Positions 17,775-26,834 of a DNA stretch of 64,000 nucleotides are shown here, in pieces. The DNA lies in NCBI GenBank assembly GCA_965204095.1, contig OZ241991.1, positions 2,576,290 to 2,640,289 of the forward strand. Reading direction: 5' to 3'. The stretch's first letter is position 1. Every line of letters begins with the position of its first letter. The position numbers and the translations under genes were made by a program. The stretch comes from Bryobacterales bacterium. GTDB taxonomy: Bacteria > Acidobacteriota > Terriglobia > Bryobacterales > UBA6623. The notes beneath the pieces were generated by a model that was not told the DNA's origin, did not search any database, and saw only the letters and a program-made list of their open reading frames with translations.

Positions 17775-18727
17775 ATGGCGAGTAACCTTCCTGGAGTGGA
17801 CCAGCCGGTGTGTCGAGAAGGCGAACGCGCACGCATGAGAGCAGGATCCGGCATGATCACGCCCCTCATGCTGCTGGGTGGAATCGACTTCGCCCCGGCG
17901 CTGACAGGACTGTACCTGCAGACGGATCTGGGCATCGCCGTTGCTCCGCCGCTCGACGTCCACGGGTCGGACAACGACTGGGGCACGAAGTGCGACCTGA
18001 TCATCAACCCGCACGGACTCGAGACCGCGGGCGAATGCGGCGCGGCCCCGCCAAGAACATCCTGGACGAATGCGCTCGACGGCGGCAGCGGGATCACCGC
18101 CGGTTTCGCCGACGGCTACGACTGGGGGGGATTCAGGCTCGAAGGGGAGTATCTCCACCGGGTCACTTCATACGACGATCGAGCGGACACCGGCATCTTC
18201 GACGAGGTGACCCTGGACAAGCGCGAGCAGGAGATCGAGCTGGCGGTCGGCGGCGTCGACGACCTGCAGTCGCACGGTGTGTTCACCAACGCATACTACG
18301 ACTTCCTGGCGGCGTCCTCGGCCTGGACCCCTTACGCCGGAGCGGGAGTGGGCGTCGAACGGGCGTCGCTCGCCTACTTCTCGCCTGGAAGCGCAACGAT
18401 GACCCGGCGCGGATCACGACGTTCTCCGATCCGCAACTGCGCGCCAAACTCGCCGGCACCACGACCATCGGGCGCTCGCGTCCGACAGACGTCATTTTCC
18501 GCTATCAGGTGCTCGCCGGGCTGGACTACCGCGTCCGCTACCCGCTGACGCTGGGCGTGAAGTTCCGATGGCTGCCGGCGCACACCTTCAGGGGCGAACC
18601 GACCGAGTGGGATCAGCTCCGCAGCCATGAACCCAGCGTCTGCCGCGGCGAAACGATTCTCCATGAGGTCATGACACCCGACAACCAGTTGTGGGGCGTG
18701 AGCCTCAGCCTGAAGTACGGGTTTTGA
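17775..18727 (+). pseudogene. Outer-membrane beta-barrel protein gene carrying a frameshift (or assembly error)
   Basis: Frame 0 gives ..GFRLEGEYLHR..HGVFTNAYYDF..WTPYAGAGVGVERASLAYFS. Frame 2 then continues ..VIFRYQVLAGLDYRV..LTLGVKFRW..NQLWGVSLSLKYGF*, with an OMP-type C-terminal Phe. The switch is near 18375-18395. There is no convincing signal peptide. Confidence 0.55.
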
Positions 18728-19002
18728 ACGGACGCCGGCCGGAGCAGCGGCGCGGGGAGGGCACGTTGTTCCTCAGTACATGATATCGGCGCGGTCGAAG
18801 GATCACGAGGTCATGGAAGACCCGCCGGTCGAGTTCTCGCGGGACCGGCTGCGGGGCCGAGGGGCGGCTTGGACCGACCAGGGGCAACCCGGAAACGATG
18901 GAGGTACCACATCCGGGAACCCAATCCGCGCGAGCAGCGGGACGCCATTCTCGTTGGAGGCTGTTCGCGGCGGCAGCCGCGAGCCGGGTTGTGGATTCCG
19001 AT

Positions 19003-19152
19003 TCAGCAGGAGAAAGTCAGGACCACCAGGACCACCGCCGCGATCATCGCGATGAACGCCAACCAATGGATCCATCCTTCCTCGCCATGACCGGCCAAGG
19101 TCAGGTCAGTTTTTCCTCCGGCCGTGGCGTGGATCATAAAAGCGGGAAACAT
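19003..19152 (-). CDS. Possible 49-aa membrane peptide
   Basis: My own translation is MFPAFMIHATAGGKTDLTLAGHGEEGWIHWLAFIAMIAAVVLVVLTFSC*, with one clear TM helix. It is below the ORF-track size cutoff and there is no homology evidence. Confidence 0.2.
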   Translation of the reverse strand: MFPAFMIHATAGGKTDLTLAGHGEEGWIHWLAFIAMIAAVVLVVLTFSC

Positions 19153-19284
19153 CCGGGCCTTTGCCTACTCTGCTTGAATAGCAGGATGTTTCAGCGCAGG
19201 CCACAGGCAATGGGACCTGCTGAGCGCCGCTGATTCCGTGTTTGCCGTTCAGTCCCGTGCATGACTGACATGCCGACCAGGAAC

Positions 19285-19857
19285 TCAGTCGTCTGTCGAG
19301 TCTTCCACGGAGACGATAGGCGGACCGGATTCCGCTGCCGCCGATGGCTGGCTGAGCGGAGGCTTGTTCCCTTGCGGCAGTGCGTTCCCGCTTTGTTCGG
19401 GCTTCAGGATATCGATACTGCCCCGAAAGACGGCGCCGTCTTCGATGACGATTCGAGCCGTCTCCAAGTCGCCTTCCAGCGATCCGGTCTTTAGAATCTC
19501 AATCCTTTCCTCGGCCCGCACTTGCCCTTTCAGGTGGCCCGATACGGTGATCGCGCGAGCCTTGACTTGCGCGCGAACGTCACCGCTCAAACCGACGATC
19601 AGTTCGTTTTCGCTCAACTCGATGGATCCTTCGATCTCACCCGCGACGTAAACGTCCTCGCTGCCGCTCATTTCACCATTGAACCTGAAGCCCTTTCCGA
19701 ACCTTGTCCGGACTTGCTCCCAGGGATCACGTTCGGCCGCCGGATGAACGACAGTACTCGAAGCTGGAAGGGGAGCTGTATCGGCTGGGGAAAGTGCTTG
19801 GCCGGTTCCGGACATATCGGGTTCCGTTGACGACTCTTTTTCTTTCTGTCCCCACAT
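19285..19857 (-). CDS. Bactofilin-family cytoskeletal protein (DUF583 core)
   Basis: The central repetitive beta-helix-type segment reads FNGEMSGSEDVYVAGEIEGSIELSENELIVGLSGDVRAQVKARAITVSGHLKGQVRAEERIEILKTGSLEGDLETARIVIEDGAVFRGSI. It is flanked by Pro/Ser-rich tails. Confidence 0.8.
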   Translation of the reverse strand: MWGQKEKESSTEPDMSGTGQALSPADTAPLPASSTVVHPAAERDPWEQVRTRFGKGFRFNGEMSGSEDVYVAGEIEGSIELSENELIVGLSGDVRAQVKARAITVSGHLKGQVRAEERIEILKTGSLEGDLETARIVIEDGAVFRGSIDILKPEQSGNALPQGNKPPLSQPSAAAESGPPIVSVEDSTDD

Positions 19858-20189
19858 GACAGTCCTCTCAGGATTCCCAAACGGTCATGACCAACAGCTT
19901 CTCTTCTTCTCTCGAAGTGCGAACCTTCGCAGGCCGGCGTCATCGACCCGCCGCGCTGGCCATGATCGGGCACGCTGGTCATGACGCAGAACAGCTACAC
20001 CTATGGTAGACTGTGCTCGTGATTTCTACATAGACAAACAGCGTCGTTTAGTGACTTTTTCGTGACATCCGGAAATTTACAGAGGGTTATCATGGACATC
20101 GGAGAAGCCGCGCAGTCCGAACCTGGCTCATCGATCGAACCGAGGCGGGAGGGGGTCGACGCGGCGTTCGCGCCGGATTCGAGGAGGGT

Positions 20190-22562
20190 ATGCCATTGAA
20201 GAGCCCCGACGAGCAGCGGCGCGAAAAGGAGACGCCGCGGAACCGCATCTCGCGGCTGTGCGCGGCCATTCTGCGGATCAGCACGAGCCTCGACCTCGAC
20301 ACCGTTCTGCACGAAGTCGTCGACAGCGCCCGCAGTCTGACCAGCGCCCGCTACGGCGTGATCACGATCTTCGACGAGTCGGGGCGCGTCCAGGGCTTCG
20401 TCTCCTCCGGCTTCACGGCCGAAGAGAACCGGGAGATGACGGCATGGCAGGACGGCCCGCGGTTCCTGGAGCACTTCAGGAACCTCGCGGCGCCGCTGAG
20501 GCTGCGGGACCTGCCGGCATATGTCAGGTCGATCGGCTTCTCCCCGGACCTGATGAGGTCGAAGACCATGCAGGTAACGCCGATACGGCACCGGGACAAG
20601 CACGTCGGCATCTTCTTCCTCGCCGAGAAGGAAGTCGGCCTCGAGTTCACGGACGAGGACGAGGAGATCCTGGTGTTGTTCGCCTCGCAGGCGGCGGCGG
20701 CGATCGCCAACGCCCGCACCTACCGGGACGAGCAGCGGGCTCGGGCCGACCTGGAGGCCCTGATCGAGACCTCGCCCGTGGGCGTCGTCGTCCTCGATCC
20801 CAAGAGCGGCCAGTTCATGTCGTCCAATCGGGAAGCCAGGCGGATCGTGGAGGGCCTGCGCATGCCGGGACGCACCCTGGAGGAGCTGCTGGAGGTGATC
20901 AAGTTCCGGCGGGGCGATGGGCGGGAGGTCGACCTCAACCAGCTCTCGCTCCAGCAGGAACTGAGCCACGCCGAGACAGTGCGCGCCGAGGAGGTCATGA
21001 TCTCGCTTCCCGACGGCCGGAGCGTCACGACGCTGCTCAACGCCACGCCGATCAAGTCGGCGAGAGGCGAGGTCGAGTCGCTCATCGTCACCATGCAGGA
21101 CCTGGGGCCGCTCGAAGAGCTGGAGCGCCTGCGGACCGAATTCCTGAGCCTGGTGAGCCATGAGCTGCGGACGCCGCTGATCTCGATCAAGGGCTCGACG
21201 GCCACCGTGCTGGGCGCCTCGGCCTCCCTGGACCCTGAGGAGATGCTGCAGTTCTTCCGGGTCATCGACGAGCAGGCCGATCACATGCGCGGTCTGCTCG
21301 GTGACCTTCTGGACGCGGGGCGCATCGAGGCCGGCAAGCTTTCGGTCTCACCGGAGCCGGCGGAGGTGGCTGGCCTGGTGGATCAGGCCAGGAACACCTT
21401 CCAGAGCGGCGGCAGCCGACAGACGCTGCTCATCGACCTGCCGCCGGACCTGCCACGGGTTCTGGCCGACCGGCGGCGCATCGTGCAGGTCCTCAACAAT
21501 CTCCTGGCCAATGCCGCGCGGCACTCTCCCGAGACGGCTCCCATCCGCATCCGGGTCGCCGCGGCTCGGGACGGCCTGAGCGTCGTGATCTCGGTATCCG
21601 ACGAGGGCAGGGGCGTGCCGCCTGAACAGCTTCCGCACCTGTTCCGCAAGCACGCCGGCGTAGTCGCCGGAGACCGGCAGGAGAGGGGCCGGGGAACCGG
21701 CCTGGGCCTCTCTATCTCGAAGGGACTGGTCGAGGCGCATGGGGGCCGCATCTGGGCCGAGAGCGGCGGGGAGGGCCGGGGCACGCGGTTCAGCTTTACG
21801 ATTCCGGTAGCCGAAGAGGCCGGAGGCAGCGCCGCGGCCGCATACGCCCCGAGCCGTTCCCGCTGGCCTCGCGACGGTCAGGAGCCGCCGTGCATCCTGG
21901 TGGTCGACGACGACCCTCAGACGCTGAGGTACGTTCGGGATGCTCTCAATCCGGATGGCTACGCCGTGTTGGTGACGGGCGACCCGCAGGAGATGTCCGG
22001 ACTCATCAAGACGCACAAGCCCCAACTGGTCCTGCTGGATCTGGTGCTGCCCGGAGCCGATGGCATCGAGCTGATGCAGAGTGTTCCCGAGCTGGCCGAT
22101 CTGCCGGTCATATTCATCTCCTGCTACGGCCGGGACGAGACGATCGCCCGGGCTCTGGACGCCGGAGCCGCCGATTACATCGTCAAGCCCTTCTCGCCGA
22201 CGGAACTGACGGCGAGAGTGCGAGCGGCCTTGCGCCGGCGGGCGGAACCGGACACCTTCCTGCTGAGGGACCTGGCCATCCATTACGATCAACGCCTTGT
22301 CACCTTGGCCGGCCGTCCCGTGGAGTTGACGGCCACCGAGTACGAGTTGCTCCGCTTGCTCGCGCTCAACGCCGGTCGGGTGATGACCTATGAAGTCCTC
22401 CTGCAGCGGGTGTGGGGCGAGTGGGAGCCCTCCGGCTCGAATCGGGTGCGCGCCTTCGTGAAGAAGCTCCGCCGCAAGCTGGGTGACGATGCCGACAAGC
22501 CGGCCTACATCGTTACCGAGCGCGCAGTCGGCTACCGCATGCCCGCACCGGGTGACCCGTGA
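20190..22562 (+). CDS. Single-polypeptide two-component system: GAF-PAS-HisKA-HATPase_c-REC-OmpR/PhoB winged helix
   Basis: The product is 790 aa with GGAGG 5 nt before the ATG. The H-box is SHELRTPL and HATPase boxes are NLLANAARH, DEGRGV and GTGLGL. The receiver shows ILVVDDDP...LVLLDLVLPG..KP. The C-terminus LTATEYELLRLLALNAGRVMTYEVLLQRVWG..VRAFVKKLRRKLGD..IVTERAVGYRM is a Trans_reg_C type. Confidence 0.9.
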   Translation: MPLKSPDEQRREKETPRNRISRLCAAILRISTSLDLDTVLHEVVDSARSLTSARYGVITIFDESGRVQGFVSSGFTAEENREMTAWQDGPRFLEHFRNLAAPLRLRDLPAYVRSIGFSPDLMRSKTMQVTPIRHRDKHVGIFFLAEKEVGLEFTDEDEEILVLFASQAAAAIANARTYRDEQRARADLEALIETSPVGVVVLDPKSGQFMSSNREARRIVEGLRMPGRTLEELLEVIKFRRGDGREVDLNQLSLQQELSHAETVRAEEVMISLPDGRSVTTLLNATPIKSARGEVESLIVTMQDLGPLEELERLRTEFLSLVSHELRTPLISIKGSTATVLGASASLDPEEMLQFFRVIDEQADHMRGLLGDLLDAGRIEAGKLSVSPEPAEVAGLVDQARNTFQSGGSRQTLLIDLPPDLPRVLADRRRIVQVLNNLLANAARHSPETAPIRIRVAAARDGLSVVISVSDEGRGVPPEQLPHLFRKHAGVVAGDRQERGRGTGLGLSISKGLVEAHGGRIWAESGGEGRGTRFSFTIPVAEEAGGSAAAAYAPSRSRWPRDGQEPPCILVVDDDPQTLRYVRDALNPDGYAVLVTGDPQEMSGLIKTHKPQLVLLDLVLPGADGIELMQSVPELADLPVIFISCYGRDETIARALDAGAADYIVKPFSPTELTARVRAALRRRAEPDTFLLRDLAIHYDQRLVTLAGRPVELTATEYELLRLLALNAGRVMTYEVLLQRVWGEWEPSGSNRVRAFVKKLRRKLGDDADKPAYIVTERAVGYRMPAPGDP

Positions 22563-23276
22563 TGCGATGGTCGACCTCACGGACCCCGATCTGATGCCGC
22601 CGAAGCAGCGGCGGATGCATCAGGATCTCGACCGCTCGTAGACAGGCCCGTTCACCGCCTTAGCTTTCGAAGAAGCACTCATCCGGATGCTATGCCCGGC
22701 ATGCAGGCATGCGCGAGCGGAGCCGGCCCCGAAGAAAACTACTGATGTTCATAGAAATAACACGTTTACGGTCAGATGTTTCACCTTTAGATCACACTGA
22801 TCGTATAGAGTTGTGTCATAGCGTTGGCGCATTCCTCGAGGAGGGTGCGGTACGGTTTCTTGCCCGAACGGCTACATGCCCCGATTTGATGGACCAAGGC
22901 ATGTGATCGACGAACTCTTGTCCGCCAGCATCAGATGCATGACACATCGAATTGAAGAGCGCACAGCCGGGGAAAGATGCACATGAAGTTTCAAAACTCA
23001 GTAGTCCGGCAGCCGGGTTGCTCATCGGATTCAGCGGCGTGACGCAAGCACAATGTGGAATGTGACTTCCGGAACGCGTATGGTTATGCCTTCATCTCCG
23101 ACGGCCACGGTCAGTCGCATGGATCTATCACGGTCGTCGAACAAGTTAGCGGGGACTGCGTTCTGCTTCGTGTTTTTTCTGACGGGAAACAGAATCAGGC
23201 GCTCTCCTTGCTATCCCTCGATTCCTCAATAATCTTCAGGCGGTTCTGCCGCAGGGTAGAACCGCCATTTTTTTAC

Positions 23277-23400
23277 CGCAGGATCTCGACAGGTTCCACC
23301 GACACCACCTACACCGTCACCGGCCTCGACAAAGGCGCCACCTACCTCTTCGAGATAAGGGCGGTCAACTGCGTCGGCAAGAGCTTTGCCCTCAACCGCA
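23277..23400 (+). pseudogene. Isolated fibronectin type III-like fragment
   Basis: STDTTYTVTGLDKGATYLFEIRAVNCVGKS resembles the F-G strands of an FN3 domain. The surrounding ORF 23055..23534 has no other recognisable features and lies in lower-GC DNA. Confidence 0.3.
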
Positions 23401-23609
23401 TCTTCATCACCCTGCCGGTCGTGCCGGTCATGGAGAGAGCACAGTTCCGAAATCCGTTGTCGAGGGAACTCGTGATCCAAAGAGAAGCGGGTACCGCCAG
23501 CACCAACCCACGATCGAGCGGCCCGAGTCAGTGAAGTTCCAGGGTCAAGCCGTGCTAGCCTATTCATTCGCGTTGCCAAAGCAGTATCACCTGCCCGCGG
23601 ATCAGCCCG

Positions 23610-24383
23610 ATGTTCTTGCGAGACAAAGTCGTGATCGTGACCGGCGGCGCCCACGGCATTGGGCGCGCACTCTGTGAGCGGTTTGCCGCGGAAGGCGCCC
23701 GAGGAGTCGTTGTCGCGGATATTGACGCTCCTCAAGCCGCTAGCGTGGCCTCGGCGATCGGCGGCTTGGCGGTTCCGACCGACGTCACGAGCGAGGCTTC
23801 GATACAAAACCTGGTCCGGCGGACGCGCGACGAGATCGGTCCGATCGACCTGTTCTGTTCGAACGCGGGCATCATGGACAAGGGCGGCCTGGAGGTTTCC
23901 GACGAGGATTGGGAGCACATGTGGCGCATCAACTTCAGGGCGCATCTCTATGCGGCCCGGGCGGTCGTTCCCGCCATGGTCGAGCGCGGCCGCGGGTACC
24001 TGCTGTCGGTGGCCTCCGCCGCCGGATTGCTCACGCAGATCGGAGCGGCCCCGTACACGATCACCAAACACGCCGCTGTGGCGCTGGCGGAGTGGCTTGC
24101 GGTGACCTATGGAGACGCGGGCATCAAGGTTTCCTGCCTCTGCCCCCAGGGGGTACGCACCCGACTGCTCGCCAACGATGAGGGACCGCTCAAAGAGATG
24201 CTTACCGAGATTGCGCTTGCTCCGGAAGAGGTCGCCGACAGCGTCGTCAAGGGCCTGGAGGAGGAGAGGTTCCTGATTCTGCCGCACCCTGAAGTGGCCG
24301 AATACTTGCACCGCAAGGCGGACGATCATGACCGCTGGCTAAGAGGGATGCGCAGGCTGCAAAACAAAGTCTCGGCCCGCTGA
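23610..24383 (+). CDS. Short-chain dehydrogenase/reductase (SDR) family oxidoreductase
   Basis: It has the TGGAHGIG Rossmann motif, NAG, and the catalytic S...YTITK motif. Confidence 0.9.
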   Translation: MFLRDKVVIVTGGAHGIGRALCERFAAEGARGVVVADIDAPQAASVASAIGGLAVPTDVTSEASIQNLVRRTRDEIGPIDLFCSNAGIMDKGGLEVSDEDWEHMWRINFRAHLYAARAVVPAMVERGRGYLLSVASAAGLLTQIGAAPYTITKHAAVALAEWLAVTYGDAGIKVSCLCPQGVRTRLLANDEGPLKEMLTEIALAPEEVADSVVKGLEEERFLILPHPEVAEYLHRKADDHDRWLRGMRRLQNKVSAR

Positions 24384-24411
24384 GCCGGACGTCGAAGACA
24401 GCAGCGTCTTG

Positions 24412-24447
24412 ACCTGCATGTCTCACCGCGTGGTGAGACATGCAGGT
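24412..24447. terminator. Perfect 16-17-bp hairpin made only of the palindromic-element termini; likely terminator between convergent genes
   Basis: The sequence is acctgcatgtctcacc gcgt ggtgagacatgcaggt, followed by ttatttccgttt on the plus strand. It sits between the SDR stop (24383) and the M48 stop (24447). Confidence 0.55.
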
Positions 24448-25469
24448 TATTTCCGTTTCAGCTTCGGACGCTCGTCTTCTTCGCTGTCCTCGACCGGCTC
24501 GTCGCTGGCCTCGATGGGTTCCGTCGAGATCGTACCGCCGCCCCGACGCAGGATGGGACCGCGCCGGCGCACGGGTTTTTCCTCTCTCTCCAGCCGAGCC
24601 AAATGAAGAAACCTCTCTTTTACATCCAGGAACTCGGAACGGTCGACCACGTACTCCGGCTTGGCGGGCAGGATGCGGTCGATCTCTTTCTGCGTCCTGG
24701 CAATGCGGTCGTCGGTGAGCGGATGGCTGCGGAACACTTGGGCGAGTGCGCCCGGCTTGGTTTTCTCCATGGTCTGGAGCTTCTCGAAGAAATCGACGAA
24801 AGCGATGGGGTCGTACCCCGCCTTGTAGAGATACTGCACGCCGAGGTAGTCGGCTTCCGCTTCGAAGCTCTTCGAGAATTGAAGAAACGTCACGGGAATG
24901 GCTAAGGAGGCCGCCTGCTGGATGCCGAACCCCGTCCAGCCGCCTGTCAGGATCACGAGCGGAATGATCCCCAAGTTGGCCAATTGCCCTCGTGTCGCCT
25001 GGCGTGTGCCGTGCCGCGCCGCGACATGCGCGATCTCATGCGCCAGAACGCCCGCCACCTCGCTCTCGGTCTCGGCCTTCACCAGCAGGCCGGTGTTGAC
25101 GAAAATGAACCCGCCGGGAAGAGCAAAGGCGTTGACCGCGTCATTGTCCACGACCTTGAACTGGAACGGCACCTTCGCGTCAGAGTTCCGAACCAGGTTC
25201 TGACCGATGCGGTTTACGTACTCGGAAATGATGGGGTCGCGGACCATCTTCGACGTCCGCTCGATTTCGGCGGCGTACGAATTGCCAAGGGCGATCTCCT
25301 TCTCGAGCGAATAGAAATTGACCTTGCCGTCGACATCGCGCTCACCGATGGCCTCGATGTTGTCCTTCTTCTTCTTCTTTTTCTTCTTGGGCCGGTCATC
25401 CTTCGCGAAGAGCAGTCCCGGGAGAGCCAGGACCAACACGACGATGAGAAACCACTTGCGAGCATTCAT
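24447..25469 (-). CDS. M48-family zinc metalloprotease (BepA/YfgC-like), secreted
   Basis: It has HEIAHVAARH plus a downstream E, and the signal peptide MNARKWFLIVVLVLALPGLLFA. GGGGAGG lies 7 nt before ATG 25469; the track start 25511 is less likely. Confidence 0.85.
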   Translation of the reverse strand: MNARKWFLIVVLVLALPGLLFAKDDRPKKKKKKKKDNIEAIGERDVDGKVNFYSLEKEIALGNSYAAEIERTSKMVRDPIISEYVNRIGQNLVRNSDAKVPFQFKVVDNDAVNAFALPGGFIFVNTGLLVKAETESEVAGVLAHEIAHVAARHGTRQATRGQLANLGIIPLVILTGGWTGFGIQQAASLAIPVTFLQFSKSFEAEADYLGVQYLYKAGYDPIAFVDFFEKLQTMEKTKPGALAQVFRSHPLTDDRIARTQKEIDRILPAKPEYVVDRSEFLDVKERFLHLARLEREEKPVRRRGPILRRGGGTISTEPIEASDEPVEDSEEDERPKLKRK

Positions 25470-25621
25470 GACAGGTCCTCCCCGAGCGCGCATCCGGCCC
25501 ACCGACTGCATGGGCCACCCTCATTGTAGACCTCAAACGGTCCGATCGGACGCGGCGGCGTGATTTTGTTCACCTTGCCTGAGAACCGCGACTCTGAGCG
25601 GCGGCGACCCCTGCGATCACG

Positions 25622-26701
25622 CTAATCGGCGGCGACCGGCCGCTCGACGCCCAGGCCGTGGTCGTCGTACTGATAGTGCAGCGCCAGAACGTCTCGTCCG
25701 AAATCGCCCGCGAAGTCGCGCCAGACGGTGTGGGAATGGTTCGCGTCGTTCTGGGTGTTGTCGTATTCGATCAGGAACTTCGGCCCCTGGACGCGATAGT
25801 AATCGCCCTTGCCGGCATCACCCGGCCCGGCCCACGCGAAGAGCAGATCGGAGTGCGCCGTCGCCTGGACGACCTTGCGGCGCTCGGCAGCGATCGAGGC
25901 CGGCACATTGCTCACGTACTGCTCGATCAGAGCCGTCAGAGTCTCGCGCTGCTTCGCGGTCATCTCCGATGCCGCCAGACCGCGCGGTTGGTCATCGAGC
26001 ATTGCCCGCGTGTCGGCGCGCGTAAGGATATCGTCGTAGGCTACGTCGGCCACGATGGCGGAATTTCGTTGCTCTTCGTTCAGCGACTTCAGGAGGTCTC
26101 GGGCAAGGTCTTCCTCCGCGCCGAGTGAGCGAAAACCACCCGACACCTTGTGAGGATTGGCCCCGAAGAACGTCGGCGAGGCCGAAACGAGCTTGCCGTT
26201 CTGCAAGGTGTAGTGCAACGAGACGTGGTGACCCTCAACCCGCCAGCCCCAGTTGCCCGACATCGCGGGCGTACCGAACACCGTGAAGTAGTACTTCTCG
26301 ACATCCCGGCGACCGGCGGTGTCGTTTTCCCTGACGCGCAGAATTTCTTCCAGGCTCATGATCGTCAGCGCCTTCGTCAAGCCGTCGGTGCTCAAGCCGG
26401 AAGCGAGCAGGGCATTCGCCAGGCTGCGCTGCCGAGGGTTCATGTTCTTGTAGGTCAAGCCGCGGCGGCCGTAACCGTATGTATTCCGGAAACTGCTGTC
26501 CGGGACAAAATGCCACTGTTGGCGGTCTTTCGCATTGAAGTCGCCCTTGGCCTTGGCGCGTCCCGAATCGTCGAGCGCATGTATAAAGCGGTTGGCGGCC
26601 AGCTCCATCCTCTTTTCCGTAGACACCTTCTCGTATGCGACCGAAAGAGCGGCAATCCCCGCCGCCAGAATCAATACCCGAACCAGCAATTGCCTGCGCA
26701 T
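25622..26701 (-). CDS. Secreted DUF3500-like protein
   Basis: A signal peptide is present. The motif WGWRVEGHHVSLHYT resembles the DUF3500 signature as I recall it from memory. Confidence 0.6.
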   Translation of the reverse strand: MRRQLLVRVLILAAGIAALSVAYEKVSTEKRMELAANRFIHALDDSGRAKAKGDFNAKDRQQWHFVPDSSFRNTYGYGRRGLTYKNMNPRQRSLANALLASGLSTDGLTKALTIMSLEEILRVRENDTAGRRDVEKYYFTVFGTPAMSGNWGWRVEGHHVSLHYTLQNGKLVSASPTFFGANPHKVSGGFRSLGAEEDLARDLLKSLNEEQRNSAIVADVAYDDILTRADTRAMLDDQPRGLAASEMTAKQRETLTALIEQYVSNVPASIAAERRKVVQATAHSDLLFAWAGPGDAGKGDYYRVQGPKFLIEYDNTQNDANHSHTVWRDFAGDFGRDVLALHYQYDDHGLGVERPVAAD

Positions 26702-26834
26702 CTCGAACCTCCTGGCCTCACATCAACGCAGATTATATCGGAACGGCGCTCTTCCTCAACGCTTGTCAAGATCTTTTCCGTTGATCGATTGCCCGCGAAC
26801 GTGGGTTTCGAGGTCCGTTGGCTAGAATAGGGTC

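Noticed and set aside
20093-20200. 35-codon upstream ORF overlapping the start of the fused two-component gene.
   Set aside because: It has no RBS, a low-complexity product and no supporting evidence. It is probably a chance ORF in GC-rich DNA.
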